DNA from: an uncultured Methanosarcinales archaeon
GTDB lineage: Archaea; Nanobdellota; Nanobdellia; Woesearchaeales; CAZYIM01
Assembly: GCA_964647565.1 (NCBI GenBank)
Contig: CAZYIM010000001.1
Coordinates: forward strand, 64,001-128,000
DNA: 64,000 bases
Direction: 5' to 3'
Each line of letters starts with the position of its first letter. The first letter of the stretch is position 1. Both the position numbers and the translations under genes were made by a program. Positions 1 through 10,443 of the stretch are shown here, piece by piece. The notes below the pieces were generated by a model. That model searched no databases. It was not told the origin of the DNA and saw only the letters and a program-made list of their open reading frames with translations.

Positions 1-61
1 AGCTCTAGAAAGAATGCTTAAACTTGGATAAGAAAATAAATAATCAAGCACATTTGCGATT

Positions 62-358
62 TTATCCGCAGCATTTGGTCATTTCGTTCATATCATAAAA
101 TATGGTGCAGAAGAAACTGCATGCGGATTTTAGTTCTTTTTCTCCTTTCTTGGTCAGAGAATAGGTTTTTTTCTTGTCTGCAATTATAAGACCTTTGCTT
201 TTTAATTCCTTCAATGCAGGATATATTGTCCCTGGACTGGGTTTTGTGCCTTTTCTTTTTTCCAACTCTTGGGCAATCTCAACCCCTGTCATTTTTTTCT
301 TATTAAGAATCCATAGAATCAGATAAGACAGATAACCTTTCATGTCGCAGCATCCCAT
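62..358 (-). CDS. PadR-family transcriptional regulator
   Basis: wHTH with SPGTIYPALKEL and YSLTKKG PadR motifs; Cys pairs at both termini; divergent from arsM. Confidence 0.9.
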   Translation of the reverse strand: MGCCDMKGYLSYLILWILNKKKMTGVEIAQELEKRKGTKPSPGTIYPALKELKSKGLIIADKKKTYSLTKKGEKELKSACSFFCTIFYDMNEMTKCCG

Positions 359-484
359 AAATACAGTATCGGATAACCTATATATAAGCTTTTCTATATC
401 TAAAAATATATATCTGATTACAGATATATTTAAATATGAGTATCAGTTATACGATATTGGATAGCCGACATCAGGAGGTGGAAA

Positions 485-580
485 ATGAATTGCAAAACAG
501 AAAAGGATGTGAAGACTTTAGGCACGATAAAGGGTGCAAATGGAGAACAGGCAACATTACTTGTGTGTGATAGAATTTAA
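485..580 (+). CDS. Small ORF (31 aa, MNCKTEKDVKTLGTIKGANGEQATLLVCDRI), not in ORF track
   Basis: AGGAGGTG ribosome-binding site at 473-480; stop immediately precedes the arsM RBS (GAGGT). Confidence 0.55.
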   Translation: MNCKTEKDVKTLGTIKGANGEQATLLVCDRI

Positions 581-592
581 GAGGTAAATAAA

Positions 593-1336
593 ATGGAAAA
601 AGAAAAAATAAAACAAACAATAAAAGATACATATGGAAAAATTGCAAGCCAGAAAGATGGCTGCGGTTGCGAATGTGGTTTCGGCCCGTCTGCAGAGGAG
701 GTCTCAAAGAGTTTAGGTTATTCCGATAGTGAACTGGATGCAGTCCCTGATGCAAATCTTGGTTTAGGCTGCGGCAATCCAACAGCACTTGGAGAGATAA
801 AAGAAGGCGAAACTGTTCTCGACCTCGGATCAGGAGCAGGCATCGATGCATTTCTTGCATCAAAAAAAGTGGGTTATTCAGGAAAGGTAATTGGTGTTGA
901 TATGACTCCTGAGATGATCAAGAAAGCCAACAAGAACGCAAAAAAATACGGACACACCAATGTAGAGTTTAGATTGGGCGATATAGAAAACCTGCCTGTA
1001 GAAGATAACTCTATTGACGTAATCATCAGCAATTGTGTGATTAATCTTGCACACGACAAAACAAAGGTTTTCAGTGAAGCCTATAGAGTACTAAAAAAGG
1101 ATGGCAAGATGTTTATCTCTGATATCGTCCTATTAAAAGAATTATCTGAAGAGCAAAGAAACGATGCTGACTTAGTTGCTGCTTGTGTGGGCGGCGCCAT
1201 GTTAAAGGATGATTATCTGAAAACAGTTAGCGACGTGGGCTTTAAATATGAGATCCTTAGTGAGAATACAGGCGTTGGCGACAATCAATTCAAGGATGTG
1301 CCAATCGAGAGCCTGAATCTAAAGATATACAAGTGA
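593..1336 (+). CDS. arsM: Arsenite S-adenosylmethionine methyltransferase
   Basis: NLGLGCGNP, VLDLGSGAGID, VIISNCVINL and ACVGGA motifs. Confidence 0.9.
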   Translation: MEKEKIKQTIKDTYGKIASQKDGCGCECGFGPSAEEVSKSLGYSDSELDAVPDANLGLGCGNPTALGEIKEGETVLDLGSGAGIDAFLASKKVGYSGKVIGVDMTPEMIKKANKNAKKYGHTNVEFRLGDIENLPVEDNSIDVIISNCVINLAHDKTKVFSEAYRVLKKDGKMFISDIVLLKELSEEQRNDADLVAACVGGAMLKDDYLKTVSDVGFKYEILSENTGVGDNQFKDVPIESLNLKIYK

Positions 1337-1395
1337 TGAATTATTAGAAACCTTTTTAAATTCTTAAACCAAATGGATGCTCAGAGGTGATATTT

Positions 1396-1587
1396 ATGGG
1401 AAAAAAATGTTGTGGTCCTGAATGGGTCAACTGGCTGATTGCTGAGATTGCATTTTTCGCATTCTTGTTCTATGCCCAATTCTTGTTAGGTGTAGAGGCC
1501 AATCTTTGGTTGAGCTCTGTAATATTATGGGCATTGATGAATGTTTCAATCATGGCATGTCCAATCACACACAAGTGCTATAAGTAA
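1396..1587 (+). CDS. Small two-TM membrane protein with terminal Cys residues
   Basis: GAGGTGA RBS before ATG 1396; two hydrophobic segments; CC and CP..C motifs. Confidence 0.65.
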   Translation: MGKKCCGPEWVNWLIAEIAFFAFLFYAQFLLGVEANLWLSSVILWALMNVSIMACPITHKCYK

Positions 1588-1731
1588 TTTATTTTCTTTC
1601 TTTTTTTCAGATATAAACGGTTAGAAACCAGAATTTAGGGTTTTAGGCCTTTCTAGATATGTCAGTTTCAGCGCTAAAATATATATCAAACAAGCTTATT
1701 ACTTCTTTAATAATTGGATCGAGAGGTAAAA

Positions 1732-1941
1732 ATGGTAATTATGAAATTTCAAACAAAAGGCATGCACTGCCCAAGCTGCGAAATGCTTGTCGAAGATGAC
1801 TTAGACGAGCAGGAAGGAATAAACCACACAAGTGCAGATCATAAGACAGGCATTGTAGAAGTGGATTTTGACGATCAAAAAATAGATGCTACTAAAATCA
1901 AATGTATAATTGAACAAAATGGATTTAAATTAATCAAATAA
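1732..1941 (+). CDS. copZ: Heavy-metal-associated (CopZ-like) chaperone
   Basis: GMHCPSC HMA motif; GAGGT RBS before ATG 1732. Confidence 0.85.
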   Translation: MVIMKFQTKGMHCPSCEMLVEDDLDEQEGINHTSADHKTGIVEVDFDDQKIDATKIKCIIEQNGFKLIK

Positions 1942-1959
1942 TATAATAGGTGTAATGAA

Positions 1960-3462
1960 ATGACTGAAAACAAAGAACAATTCAAGGCAAAGGGCATGCA
2001 CTGCCCAAGCTGCGAAACATTAATAGAAAAGCAAGTCAATAAGATTAAAGGTGTGAAACATGTCAAGGCAGATTATGTCACTGAGACAGTTGAAGTTGTC
2101 TTTGACTCGAAAATCACCAATCTAAAAGAGATCTATGAAACTATTGAGAAAAAGGGATATGACTGCCAGCTGCTCATCAAACGCATCCCTCTAAAAGGAA
2201 AAAAGAAAGAGGATTCTGATCATTATAATATTAACCTCAAATGGCTCGGCATTGTTTTTGGTTTGATCGGATTGTTAGTCGGAGGGTATTTTATTTTCAG
2301 GATTGCAGAAGGCATAGCGATCCCGACCATAAGCCAGAACATGGGATACGGCCTGTTATTCATCGTAGGCCTTCTTACAGGATTCCACTGCATCAGCATG
2401 TGCGGGGGCTTTGTTGTCAGCTATACAGCAAGAGCTGCCCAGGAAGGAAGAAGTCCATATAAATCACATCTGATGTATGGTGTAGGCAAAGTTATATCTT
2501 ATACAGTCATAGGTGCTGCATTTGGATTGCTCGGCTCCATCATAACATTCACCCCACTAATGAGAGGAATAGCCGGGCTTCTTGCAGGCCTCTTCCTTAT
2601 CATATTCGGCCTCAACATGCTCAACCTGTTTCCCTGGCTTAGAAAGATCAGGATAAAGTCACCCAAGTTTGTAAATAAGTTTGTCGGAAGCGAGGTCAAC
2701 AAGCATAGCAGCCCTCTGATAATCGGATTGCTAACTGGCCTGATGATCGCATGTGGTCCATTGCAGGCAATATATATAATGGCGGCAGGTACTGGAAGTG
2801 TTGTAGAAGGTGCCCGACTATTGCTTGTCTTTGCACTCGGAACCCTGCCAGTTATGCTGGGTTTTGGATTTGTCACAAGCATGATATCAAAGAAAGCCAC
2901 CCACAGGATCCTAAAAGCCTCTGGGGCCATTGTCATAATACTCGGTCTTGTGATGGTGAACAGAGGTCTTGCATTAACAGGCAGCGGACTAGACACCAAC
3001 ACCTTATTAGCATCAGTCTCAGCAACAGGCGAAGATGTGACTGGAGATGTAATCAAGATGGACAACGGCTTTCAGGTAATCCGTATGAATGTTACCAGAT
3101 ATGGCTGGGAGCCTGATAAGTTTGTCTTGAAGACAGGCGTACCTGTCAAATGGATAATCGACGGCCAGGAGATTACTGGATGCAATAATGCAATCCAGGT
3201 TCCGAAACTGGGATTAGAATTTGATATTAAAAAAGGAGAGCAGACCATTGAATTCACACCAGATTCAGAAGGCATTATACCATGGAGCTGCTGGATGGGT
3301 ATGATACCCGGCACCTTTATCGTCAAAGAAGATATTGATCTTGATAATATTGATGAAGTTAAAAAGGAGCTTGAAACAGCACCGACTCCTAAGCCCGCAG
3401 GAAGTTGCGGAGGCAGTTGTGGAGGAGGAGGAGGTTGCGGTTGCGGTTGTGGAGGTAGATGA
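1960..3462 (+). CDS. HMA + DsbD_2/TauE-like membrane domain + cupredoxin fusion
   Basis: [16 protein letters not shown] and ACGPLQ in the TM region; C-terminal GCNN...WSCWMGM cupredoxin; Cys/Gly tail. Confidence 0.85.
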   Translation: MTENKEQFKAKGMHCPSCETLIEKQVNKIKGVKHVKADYVTETVEVVFDSKITNLKEIYETIEKKGYDCQLLIKRIPLKGKKKEDSDHYNINLKWLGIVFGLIGLLVGGYFIFRIAEGIAIPTISQNMGYGLLFIVGLLTGFHCISMCGGFVVSYTARAAQEGRSPYKSHLMYGVGKVISYTVIGAAFGLLGSIITFTPLMRGIAGLLAGLFLIIFGLNMLNLFPWLRKIRIKSPKFVNKFVGSEVNKHSSPLIIGLLTGLMIACGPLQAIYIMAAGTGSVVEGARLLLVFALGTLPVMLGFGFVTSMISKKATHRILKASGAIVIILGLVMVNRGLALTGSGLDTNTLLASVSATGEDVTGDVIKMDNGFQVIRMNVTRYGWEPDKFVLKTGVPVKWIIDGQEITGCNNAIQVPKLGLEFDIKKGEQTIEFTPDSEGIIPWSCWMGMIPGTFIVKEDIDLDNIDEVKKELETAPTPKPAGSCGGSCGGGGGCGCGCGGR

Positions 3463-5633
3463 TGAGAAAGCTGGAGTTATCTATATCAGGCATGCACTGC
3501 CAAAGTTGTGTTACAATAGTAGAGAAATCACTTAACAAGTTGGATGGTATTGAAACTGCTGTTGTAAACCTGGCAACAGAAAAAGCCAGTGTGAGTTTCA
3601 ATGAATCAAAACTGGTTGAACAGGATGTGATCGAAGCAATATCAAAAAAAGGATTTAAAGCATCTTTGATCAAGGGCTCGCAACAAAAAGATAGAGAAAT
3701 CAAGAAAAGAAAAGCAGAGATCAAAAGACTGAAGAGACTTTTTGTTTTCAGCCTTATCTTTGCAATACCTGCCTTTATCATAGGCATGGTTTTCATGTGG
3801 ATCGGAGTCAAGATTCCCTATGAAGGGTACATCCTTTGGGCTCTTGCTACACCCGTACAGTTCATTGCAGGATTTCAGTTCTATAAGGGAGCCTGGGCTG
3901 CTCTTAAGAATAAAAGCGCAAATATGGACAGCCTAATTGCCATGGGAACAAGTGCAGCATATTTCTATAGTGTATATGTCATGCTTTTCGCGCATGGTTC
4001 AGGCCAGTATTTTGAAGCTTCTGCAGTGCTAATCACCCTTGTGTTGATGGGTAAACTGCTTGAAGCCATAGCCAAGGGTAAGACTTCAGAAGCCATAAGA
4101 AAACTGATGCAGCTGTCACCTAAGATCGCAACTGTAATTAGGGCTGGAAAAGAACAAAAGATTCCTGTTGATGATGTCAAGATAGGTGACATCATAGTAG
4201 TCAAGCCTGGAGAAAAGATACCTGTGGACGGAAGGATTGTTGAAGGATTGTCAGCAGTTGACGAAAGCATGATCACCGGAGAGAGCATCCCAATAGAAAA
4301 GAAAAAAGGGGATGTCGTGATTGGAGCAACTATCAACAAGACTGGCTCATTTCAGTTCAAGGCTGAAAAGATTGGTGCAGACACAACCCTATCCCAGATA
4401 ATTAAGCTTATAGAAGAAGCTCAAGGAAAGAAAGCACCTATCCAAAGATTTGCAGATGTTGTCTCAGCATATTTTGTACCAGTTGTTATCAGCATAGCCA
4501 TCATCAGCTTCCTGGTCTGGTACTTGCTTGTTGGAAAAACCTTTGCATTCTCATTGATTGCTGCTGTTTCAGTGCTGGTCATCGCATGTCCCTGCGCTTT
4601 AGGCCTGGCCACCCCGACTGCTATAATGGTCGGAACAGGCAAGGGTGCTAAAAAAGGCATCCTGATCAAGGGAGGAGATGCTCTTGAGACAGCCCACAAA
4701 TTAAAATATGTTATTTTTGACAAGACAGGCACTATCACAAAAGGTGTTCCTGCAGTCACAGACATTGTTTCTCTGAATAATAAATCCAGGGATGAACTTT
4801 TACATCTGGCCGCAAGCATTGAAAAGGATTCAGAACATCCTTTAGCAGAAGCCATTGTAAGAAAAGCACAAGAAAAGAAGATAAAGCTGGCCAAAGCATC
4901 TGCATTCCAGGCAATTCCTGGCTTGGGAGTCAAGGCAAAAATAGCTAAAAAAGCCTACATCTTTGGTAATGCTAAACTGATGAAACAATCTAAGTTAGAC
5001 ATTTCATCTATCAGGGATCAAATCCATGATCTGGAAAGACAGGGAAAGACTGTAATGATAATCGCAGGTCAAAGGAAGATAGAGGGTGTGATCGCTGTTG
5101 CAGATACCATAAAAGAGAGTTCTAAAGCTGCTGTAAGAGCATTGGAGAAGATGGGCATTCATGTTTTCATGATTACAGGAGACAATGAGAGAACTGCCCA
5201 GGCAATTGCACAGATAGCAGGCATCGACCATGTATTTGCAGAAGTCATGCCAGAAGACAAGGCCAACTATGTCAAGAAGCTTCAAAGAAAAGGAAAGGTT
5301 GCAATGGTTGGTGATGGAATAAATGATGCGCCTGCACTCGCGCAGGCAGACATAGGCATTGCAATGGGCAGCGGTACTGATGTTGCAATGGAATCTGGAA
5401 ATATTGTACTGATGAAAAACAACCTTGACGATGTTCCAAGAGCAATAAGATTAAGTAGATTGACTATGACAAAGATAAGGCAGAACATGTTTTGGGCCTT
5501 GATCTACAACACACTTGGAATCCCGATTGCAGCATTAGGTTTATTGAACCCGATGATTGCAGGGGCAGCCATGGCATTAAGCTCAGTCAGTGTTGTCTCA
5601 AATTCTTTATTGTTGAAAGCAAAGAAACTATAG
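3459..5633 (+). CDS. copA: Cu(I)-translocating P1B-type ATPase
   Basis: HMA CQSC, TGES, CPC, DKTGT, SEHP, GDGIND, YN and MALSS motifs. Confidence 0.95.
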   Translation: MMRKLELSISGMHCQSCVTIVEKSLNKLDGIETAVVNLATEKASVSFNESKLVEQDVIEAISKKGFKASLIKGSQQKDREIKKRKAEIKRLKRLFVFSLIFAIPAFIIGMVFMWIGVKIPYEGYILWALATPVQFIAGFQFYKGAWAALKNKSANMDSLIAMGTSAAYFYSVYVMLFAHGSGQYFEASAVLITLVLMGKLLEAIAKGKTSEAIRKLMQLSPKIATVIRAGKEQKIPVDDVKIGDIIVVKPGEKIPVDGRIVEGLSAVDESMITGESIPIEKKKGDVVIGATINKTGSFQFKAEKIGADTTLSQIIKLIEEAQGKKAPIQRFADVVSAYFVPVVISIAIISFLVWYLLVGKTFAFSLIAAVSVLVIACPCALGLATPTAIMVGTGKGAKKGILIKGGDALETAHKLKYVIFDKTGTITKGVPAVTDIVSLNNKSRDELLHLAASIEKDSEHPLAEAIVRKAQEKKIKLAKASAFQAIPGLGVKAKIAKKAYIFGNAKLMKQSKLDISSIRDQIHDLERQGKTVMIIAGQRKIEGVIAVADTIKESSKAAVRALEKMGIHVFMITGDNERTAQAIAQIAGIDHVFAEVMPEDKANYVKKLQRKGKVAMVGDGINDAPALAQADIGIAMGSGTDVAMESGNIVLMKNNLDDVPRAIRLSRLTMTKIRQNMFWALIYNTLGIPIAALGLLNPMIAGAAMALSSVSVVSNSLLLKAKKL

Positions 5634-5670
5634 GGAATAAGGATAATATATGAGACGGAGGAAAAAACAA

Positions 5671-6117
5671 ATGAAAAAAATAATGATATTATGTTTAGTC
5701 TTAACATTAGCCATCCTGGTAGCAGGATGCAAGGATAATGTAACAGGAAATGCTGTTGCAGATGGATCTGCATCTGATTATGTAAAGATCCCTCTGGCAG
5801 ATGTCTCAAAAACAGCCCAATTCTTCTCCTATGAAGATAATCGGGTTAAGATAAGCTATTTTGCTGTATTGGGCAGTGATGGAAAGCCAAGAGTAGCCTT
5901 TGACGCCTGCGATGTATGCGGCGGATACCAGGGATATGAACAAAAAGGTAATGACATTGAATGTAGAAAATGTGGGAGAGTATTCAGCATCGACGGCCTT
6001 GGCACCAAGAACAAGGGTTATGGATGCTGGCCCAGCTACCTTCCACACGAGGTACAGGGAGATAACATTATGATAAAAATAAGCGATCTTCAGGAAGGAA
6101 GAAAAAGATTCGTTTGA
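5671..6117 (+). CDS. DUF2318-like exported Cys-rich protein
   Basis: Lipobox LVAGC; DACDVC, CRKC and GCWP motifs; GGAGG RBS. Confidence 0.75.
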   Translation: MKKIMILCLVLTLAILVAGCKDNVTGNAVADGSASDYVKIPLADVSKTAQFFSYEDNRVKISYFAVLGSDGKPRVAFDACDVCGGYQGYEQKGNDIECRKCGRVFSIDGLGTKNKGYGCWPSYLPHEVQGDNIMIKISDLQEGRKRFV

Positions 6118-6180
6118 GGGGTACTGAGTAGCAAGCTGCTTGTACATGCTAAAATAAAAAATATTTTAGAGGTAATTAAA

Positions 6181-6894
6181 ATGAGTAAAGAAAACAAAGA
6201 AAATAATGTAATACGAATCAGCAAATCGACTTTATGGATGTCAATCTCTGCTATCCTAGCGGTTTTGCTTGTGATTTCAATATTTACCGGCGGTTTTGGG
6301 GGAAAGACTTCTGCAACAGGTGCTGTTGTAGATGATAGTGCCAAAGCAGCCCAATCTCGAGATGCACAAAAGGCGCCTGGGGATTCAACAGACAACACAG
6401 CTATCGTGGTTGAAGGTAGAGCATTTAAGGGAGCTGAAGATGCCAAAGTAACAATAGTGGAATATTCGAGTTTTTCATGTGGATATTGTAATAGGGTAAG
6501 AGCAACAATAGACCAAATATTGGAAAATTATCCAGATGATGTAAAGATTGTTTACAAGCATTTCACTAGAGGAGGAACCGATAGTATGACTGCTCAAGCA
6601 ACTGAGTGTGCAGGAGATCAAGGAAAATTCTGGGAAATGCACGATATCATATTTGACAAAGGATCCTCTGGCGATGTTAAAGGTTATGCTAAAGATATCG
6701 GTTTGGATGCTGACAGTTTTGCAGAATGTCTTGATTCAGGAAAATATGCTTCAAGAGTTAATGAAGATACTTCAGAAGGACGTTCTTTGGGCATAAGAGG
6801 AACTCCAAGTTTTAATATTAATGGAGAACTTGTAGTTGGAGCCCAACCATATAATGCATTCCAACAGGTAATCGATGCAGAGCTCGCAAAATGA
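6181..6894 (+). CDS. DsbA-family membrane-anchored thiol-disulfide oxidoreductase
   Basis: N-terminal TM; CGYC; GKFWEMHD; GTPSF. Confidence 0.9.
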   Translation: MSKENKENNVIRISKSTLWMSISAILAVLLVISIFTGGFGGKTSATGAVVDDSAKAAQSRDAQKAPGDSTDNTAIVVEGRAFKGAEDAKVTIVEYSSFSCGYCNRVRATIDQILENYPDDVKIVYKHFTRGGTDSMTAQATECAGDQGKFWEMHDIIFDKGSSGDVKGYAKDIGLDADSFAECLDSGKYASRVNEDTSEGRSLGIRGTPSFNINGELVVGAQPYNAFQQVIDAELAK

Positions 6895-7256
6895 AACTAA
6901 AAAGTATTTATTTTTTTTTAATTTTTATTCTTTTAATAGTTGTAGTAGTTTTCCTTGTTAACCGCTCCAATGGCCCTGGCAAGTATGACACTTTTGCTCA
7001 GTGCCTAAGTGAAAAAGGAGCGGTTATGTATGGTACTGAAGCGTGTAAATACTGCCAGTCACAAAAAGAGGATTTTGGCAGATCATTTAAGCATATTAAT
7101 TATATTGGTTGCGATTATTCAAGAGAAGCTTGTTTAAGGGCTGACATCACGAACTATCCAACGTGGATTATCAATGAAACAAAACATACTGGAAGGCTAC
7201 CATTATACAACCTGGCATCATTATCAGGATGTGAGTTAGTAGAGGATCTAGAATGA
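6891..7256 (+). CDS. Membrane-anchored thioredoxin-like protein
   Basis: TM; FAQCL...MYG..CKYC..QK..FG; YPTW. Confidence 0.8.
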   Translation: MKLKSIYFFLIFILLIVVVVFLVNRSNGPGKYDTFAQCLSEKGAVMYGTEACKYCQSQKEDFGRSFKHINYIGCDYSREACLRADITNYPTWIINETKHTGRLPLYNLASLSGCELVEDLE

Positions 7257-7861
7257 AAAAAACATACAAACTGATCTTACTGGCCATGATTTTTGGCTTA
7301 TTAGCAGGCACCCTTGCATCCCTGATAGTATTTAAGATCACAACCTCAGAAAACAATTTAGCTAAAGACTATTATCGAACAGAAACTCTGCTGCATGTAA
7401 GTCCTCACCATTTAAGGAAAGCAATGGACAAGGGAGATAACAGTTTCATTCTTGTAGACTTAAGGAGTCCCGAAGAGTATGAGAATGAACATATTGTTGG
7501 TGCCATAAACATTCCAGCTTATAGGGATCCTGATACTTCAGCATATAGTGATGTTGAAAGAATAGTTAAGATGTTCGATGCTCTTCCAAAAGACAAGGAT
7601 ATCATTGTCTACTGTTACAGCATACCCTGTATGACAGGCCGAAAAATCGGCAAAATGTTGGCAGAGCACGGGATTCTTGTTCAACAGCTGGGAATCGGAT
7701 GGAATGAATGGAGATATTACTGGGATCTTTGGAATCATGAACATGAATGGAATGTTACTAATGTCAAAAATTATATCATAAATGGAACCGAACCCGGGAT
7801 TATTAAGCAAAACATTAATAAGACTGAAAGTTGTTCTATTAAAGGGGAATATGGTTGTTGA
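7253..7861 (+). CDS. Rhodanese-domain protein
   Basis: LVDLRSPEEYENEHIVGAINIP; IIVYC. Confidence 0.85.
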   Translation: MKKTYKLILLAMIFGLLAGTLASLIVFKITTSENNLAKDYYRTETLLHVSPHHLRKAMDKGDNSFILVDLRSPEEYENEHIVGAINIPAYRDPDTSAYSDVERIVKMFDALPKDKDIIVYCYSIPCMTGRKIGKMLAEHGILVQQLGIGWNEWRYYWDLWNHEHEWNVTNVKNYIINGTEPGIIKQNINKTESCSIKGEYGC

Positions 7862-7935
7862 GGGAAATAATCTAAGATTGTCTTTCAACTATGTAAAAAA
7901 TGGGCTATATTGAAAAGCAAAGAACCCTGATAAAT

Positions 7936-8499
7936 TTAATGAAACTGCCGGCATTTCTGGTCACAATTTATCTGTTTCTCATTGTCATAGTCAATGTTAA
8001 GCGGCAGGATCAGATCATTGGCTGAACTGATGACAATATTCATCTCCATGTCCTTGACCTTGGGATTGCCTCTAAGGTGACAGTTGACTATGCCTTCAAG
8101 ACGTTTTAGATTAGTCGCCATGAAAAAAAGGCAGAGATTGTACTTGCCAGACATGATAAGTGCATTGATGAAGAAAGGACAGTTCTTGAATTCGCTTATG
8201 GTTGCGGCTGTATCTGTAGAGTTGACCTCTATCTTGGCCAATCTAAGATCGACCTTCCTGAAATTGACTCCGCTAAGATTACATAATATGCCTTTTTTCC
8301 TTAATCTCTTCAGTCTAGCTCCAACAGATGGCTGCGAAAGCTTGATCTTCTTGGCTATCTCTTCCTGTGAGATATGGGGATCCTTTTGGATCATTGATAA
8401 GATGGTGTTATCCCTGTCATCCAGACCAAGCTTTTCGTTGAATTCCAGGTTTTTCTTGAACTTCTCAATTTTTTTGTAATTTTGTTCTCGTCGAGCCAT
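7936..8499 (-). CDS. Lrp/AsnC-family regulator with Cys residues
   Basis: LDDRD..IL...SQEEIA..LSQPSVGARL HTH; SGKYNL RAM domain; C-terminal CDQKC. Confidence 0.85.
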   Translation of the reverse strand: MARREQNYKKIEKFKKNLEFNEKLGLDDRDNTILSMIQKDPHISQEEIAKKIKLSQPSVGARLKRLRKKGILCNLSGVNFRKVDLRLAKIEVNSTDTAATISEFKNCPFFINALIMSGKYNLCLFFMATNLKRLEGIVNCHLRGNPKVKDMEMNIVISSANDLILPLNIDYDNEKQINCDQKCRQFH

Positions 8500-8634
8500 T
8501 TTACAATCATAGATAAATACTAACTAATATATAAATTTTTCCTTTGAAATATAAGTTAATATACGATATTCACATAAAATATAGCGGTTATATTTATATA
8601 TTTATATATTAAATATAGAAATTGGTGTTAAAAA

Positions 8635-8847
8635 ATGGCTGCAAAACAAAATATCATAAACAAGGATATGCTAATAGGTGACGTAATAAAGAAGCATCCT
8701 ATGCTTGTTGAGACCATGAGGGACCATGGCATGAACTGTGTTGGCTGTCATATTGCCAGTTGGGAAACCATTGAACAGGCAGCCGAGGGACACGGTATCA
8801 ATGTTAACAGGCTAGTGGATGAACTTAACAAGAACAGGAGTGAGTAA
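8635..8847 (+). CDS. DUF1858 / hybrid-cluster-associated domain protein
   Basis: GMNCVGC...ETIEQAA..HG motif. Confidence 0.85.
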   Translation: MAAKQNIINKDMLIGDVIKKHPMLVETMRDHGMNCVGCHIASWETIEQAAEGHGINVNRLVDELNKNRSE

Positions 8848-8848
8848 A

Positions 8849-8986
8849 ATGGAACAAGAAATCGTCTGCCAAAAAGGCCATTGCGAAGATGTCTATGATC
8901 CGAACACTGAAATAGAACATATTTCTGATCCTGACAACATTGTCGATCAGATCGAACAGGATCTGTTTTCCACGATGATCGGATGA
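8849..8986 (+). CDS. Small acidic ORF (45 aa, MEQEIVCQKGHCEDVY...), not in ORF track
   Basis: ATG 1 nt after the upstream stop; GGAG RBS; CxxxHC. Confidence 0.55.
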   Translation: MEQEIVCQKGHCEDVYDPNTEIEHISDPDNIVDQIEQDLFSTMIG

Positions 8987-9025
8987 ATAGCCCCCACGCG
9001 CCCCCGCGCCCTTGGCTATTCATCC
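8981..9025. repeat. 12-bp perfect inverted repeat with C-rich loop
   Basis: GGATGAATAGCC (8981-8992) / GGCTATTCATCC (9014-9025). Confidence 0.7.
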
Positions 9026-9103
9026 TGATATTCCAAATCTAAAAATACAGTTAGTAAAAACTTACTAGTATTGTCTATAATACAAATCTGGGAGGTAAAG
9101 AGA

Positions 9104-9571
9104 ATGACATGGCTATCTGAAATAATGCTGAATGATCACTGCCAGATTGAACAGCTTCTAAACAGGCTAAGGGTCAGTATGGAAGTAGATGATGGAGATA
9201 AAGAAGAGAATTTCCAGAAATTCAAATGGGCTCTGGAAAAGCATTTTTTTATCGAGGAAAATGCAGTTTTAGATCTCTTCAAAAACCCACATATCGGAGT
9301 ATATCGAGAAATTTCAGGAATACTAAAGGATCATGACAGGATATTAAGGTTATTGAAGGAAAAGGAAAACCAATTTGAGGAAACAGGACAGTTTGAGATG
9401 TCAGACCTAATCAAGGTCTTGTTGAAGCACAAGCAATACGAAGATAAGCATATCTATCCCTTATTAGATACAAAACTCAGTCCTGAACTTAAAAATAAGA
9501 TAATCCACAGAATCGACAAAGAAAATAAACGTCAGCAATTCACAAAAATAAATAATCTGACAGGAGGTTAA
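9104..9571 (+). CDS. Hemerythrin-domain protein
   Basis: DH...HFFIEE...DH...HKQYED..YP pattern; GGAGGT RBS. Confidence 0.85.
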   Translation: MTWLSEIMLNDHCQIEQLLNRLRVSMEVDDGDKEENFQKFKWALEKHFFIEENAVLDLFKNPHIGVYREISGILKDHDRILRLLKEKENQFEETGQFEMSDLIKVLLKHKQYEDKHIYPLLDTKLSPELKNKIIHRIDKENKRQQFTKINNLTGG

Positions 9572-9572
9572 A

Positions 9573-9716
9573 ATGTGTTATGCATGCAGTTCAGCTGAAA
9601 GCCAGTATAAGTCAAATGCTGTTTCAGAACTGGCTAGGAGTATATGGGCGGGCATGACCGTCATAGCAACGTATCATCGAGACGTTTCAATAGGTACAAG
9701 TATGTACAAGGGGTGA
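9573..9716 (+). CDS. Small ORF (47 aa, MCYACSSAESQ...), not in ORF track
   Basis: AGGAGGT RBS; N-terminal CxxC; fills the gap between operon genes. Confidence 0.55.
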   Translation: MCYACSSAESQYKSNAVSELARSIWAGMTVIATYHRDVSIGTSMYKG

Positions 9717-9722
9717 GTTGAT

Positions 9723-10004
9723 ATGAAAAAAACAAGGATGGAGGATATTTTACCGGAATATGAAGGGGCCTGCAGTCCTAGAGTTGAAGCTTATGCAAGA
9801 AAAGATCCTGATGAACTGATCATCGATCTTAAGAACAAGAGATTCTTACCTGCAAGGGAGATAGGATACCTTATCGGAGTATATAAGAGGTTAGATCAAC
9901 ACGGAGGAGAAGTCAAGCTCGTCAATGTCAGCAGGCCAGTCGAGAAGGTGCTGAATATACTGAATCTTCAAGATAAACTAATATATAACCAGGAGGTAAG
10001 ATGA
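9723..10004 (+). CDS. STAS-domain protein
   Basis: LIIDL...IGYLIGVYKRL...GGEVKLVNVSRPVEKVLNILNL. Confidence 0.75.
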   Translation: MKKTRMEDILPEYEGACSPRVEAYARKDPDELIIDLKNKRFLPAREIGYLIGVYKRLDQHGGEVKLVNVSRPVEKVLNILNLQDKLIYNQEVR

Positions 10005-10393
10005 TGGATGCAATCAAAAAACGGAATTTTGTCATCACTGGTATGAGCTGCGGACATTGTGAGCAGACTATCGAAGAGATACTTTCTGCCATTGATGGCG
10101 TAACAGAGGTTAATGCAAACAGCGGGTCAGGCGTAGTCAATATAGAGTATGATCTGGGCAAGACCAATTTCCAGGCTGTTGAGAATGCTATTGAGGAATC
10201 AAGCTACAAGCTCTCAAAAAAATTCTCAGAGAAGCAAAAGAGACAAGGGATTCATTTCACAGAGCAGCAGGAGTTTAATAAGATGAACCAATATGAAAAA
10301 AACTGCGGTGGTTACAGCTTCAATTTCTATTGTGGTGAACAAGATAGAAAGCTGACCAACCAGATCGATAAGGTTATGGAGAAACTAAATTAA
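10001..10393 (+). CDS. HMA-domain protein with C-terminal extension
   Basis: GMSCGHC motif. Confidence 0.85.
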   Translation: MMDAIKKRNFVITGMSCGHCEQTIEEILSAIDGVTEVNANSGSGVVNIEYDLGKTNFQAVENAIEESSYKLSKKFSEKQKRQGIHFTEQQEFNKMNQYEKNCGGYSFNFYCGEQDRKLTNQIDKVMEKLN

Positions 10394-10443
10394 ATAGATA
10401 AAATTTAAAAACATAGGTTACTAAACTCCAAGCAGGGGGTATT

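Noticed and set aside
1759..2017. ~25-nt direct repeat GGCATGCACTGCCCAAGCTGCGAAA
   Set aside because: It encodes the [11 protein letters not shown] motif in two adjacent genes
8984..9028. Selenocysteine readthrough of TGA with a SECIS-like hairpin
   Set aside because: Readthrough gives a short non-protein-like extension; TGA is not in a redox motif
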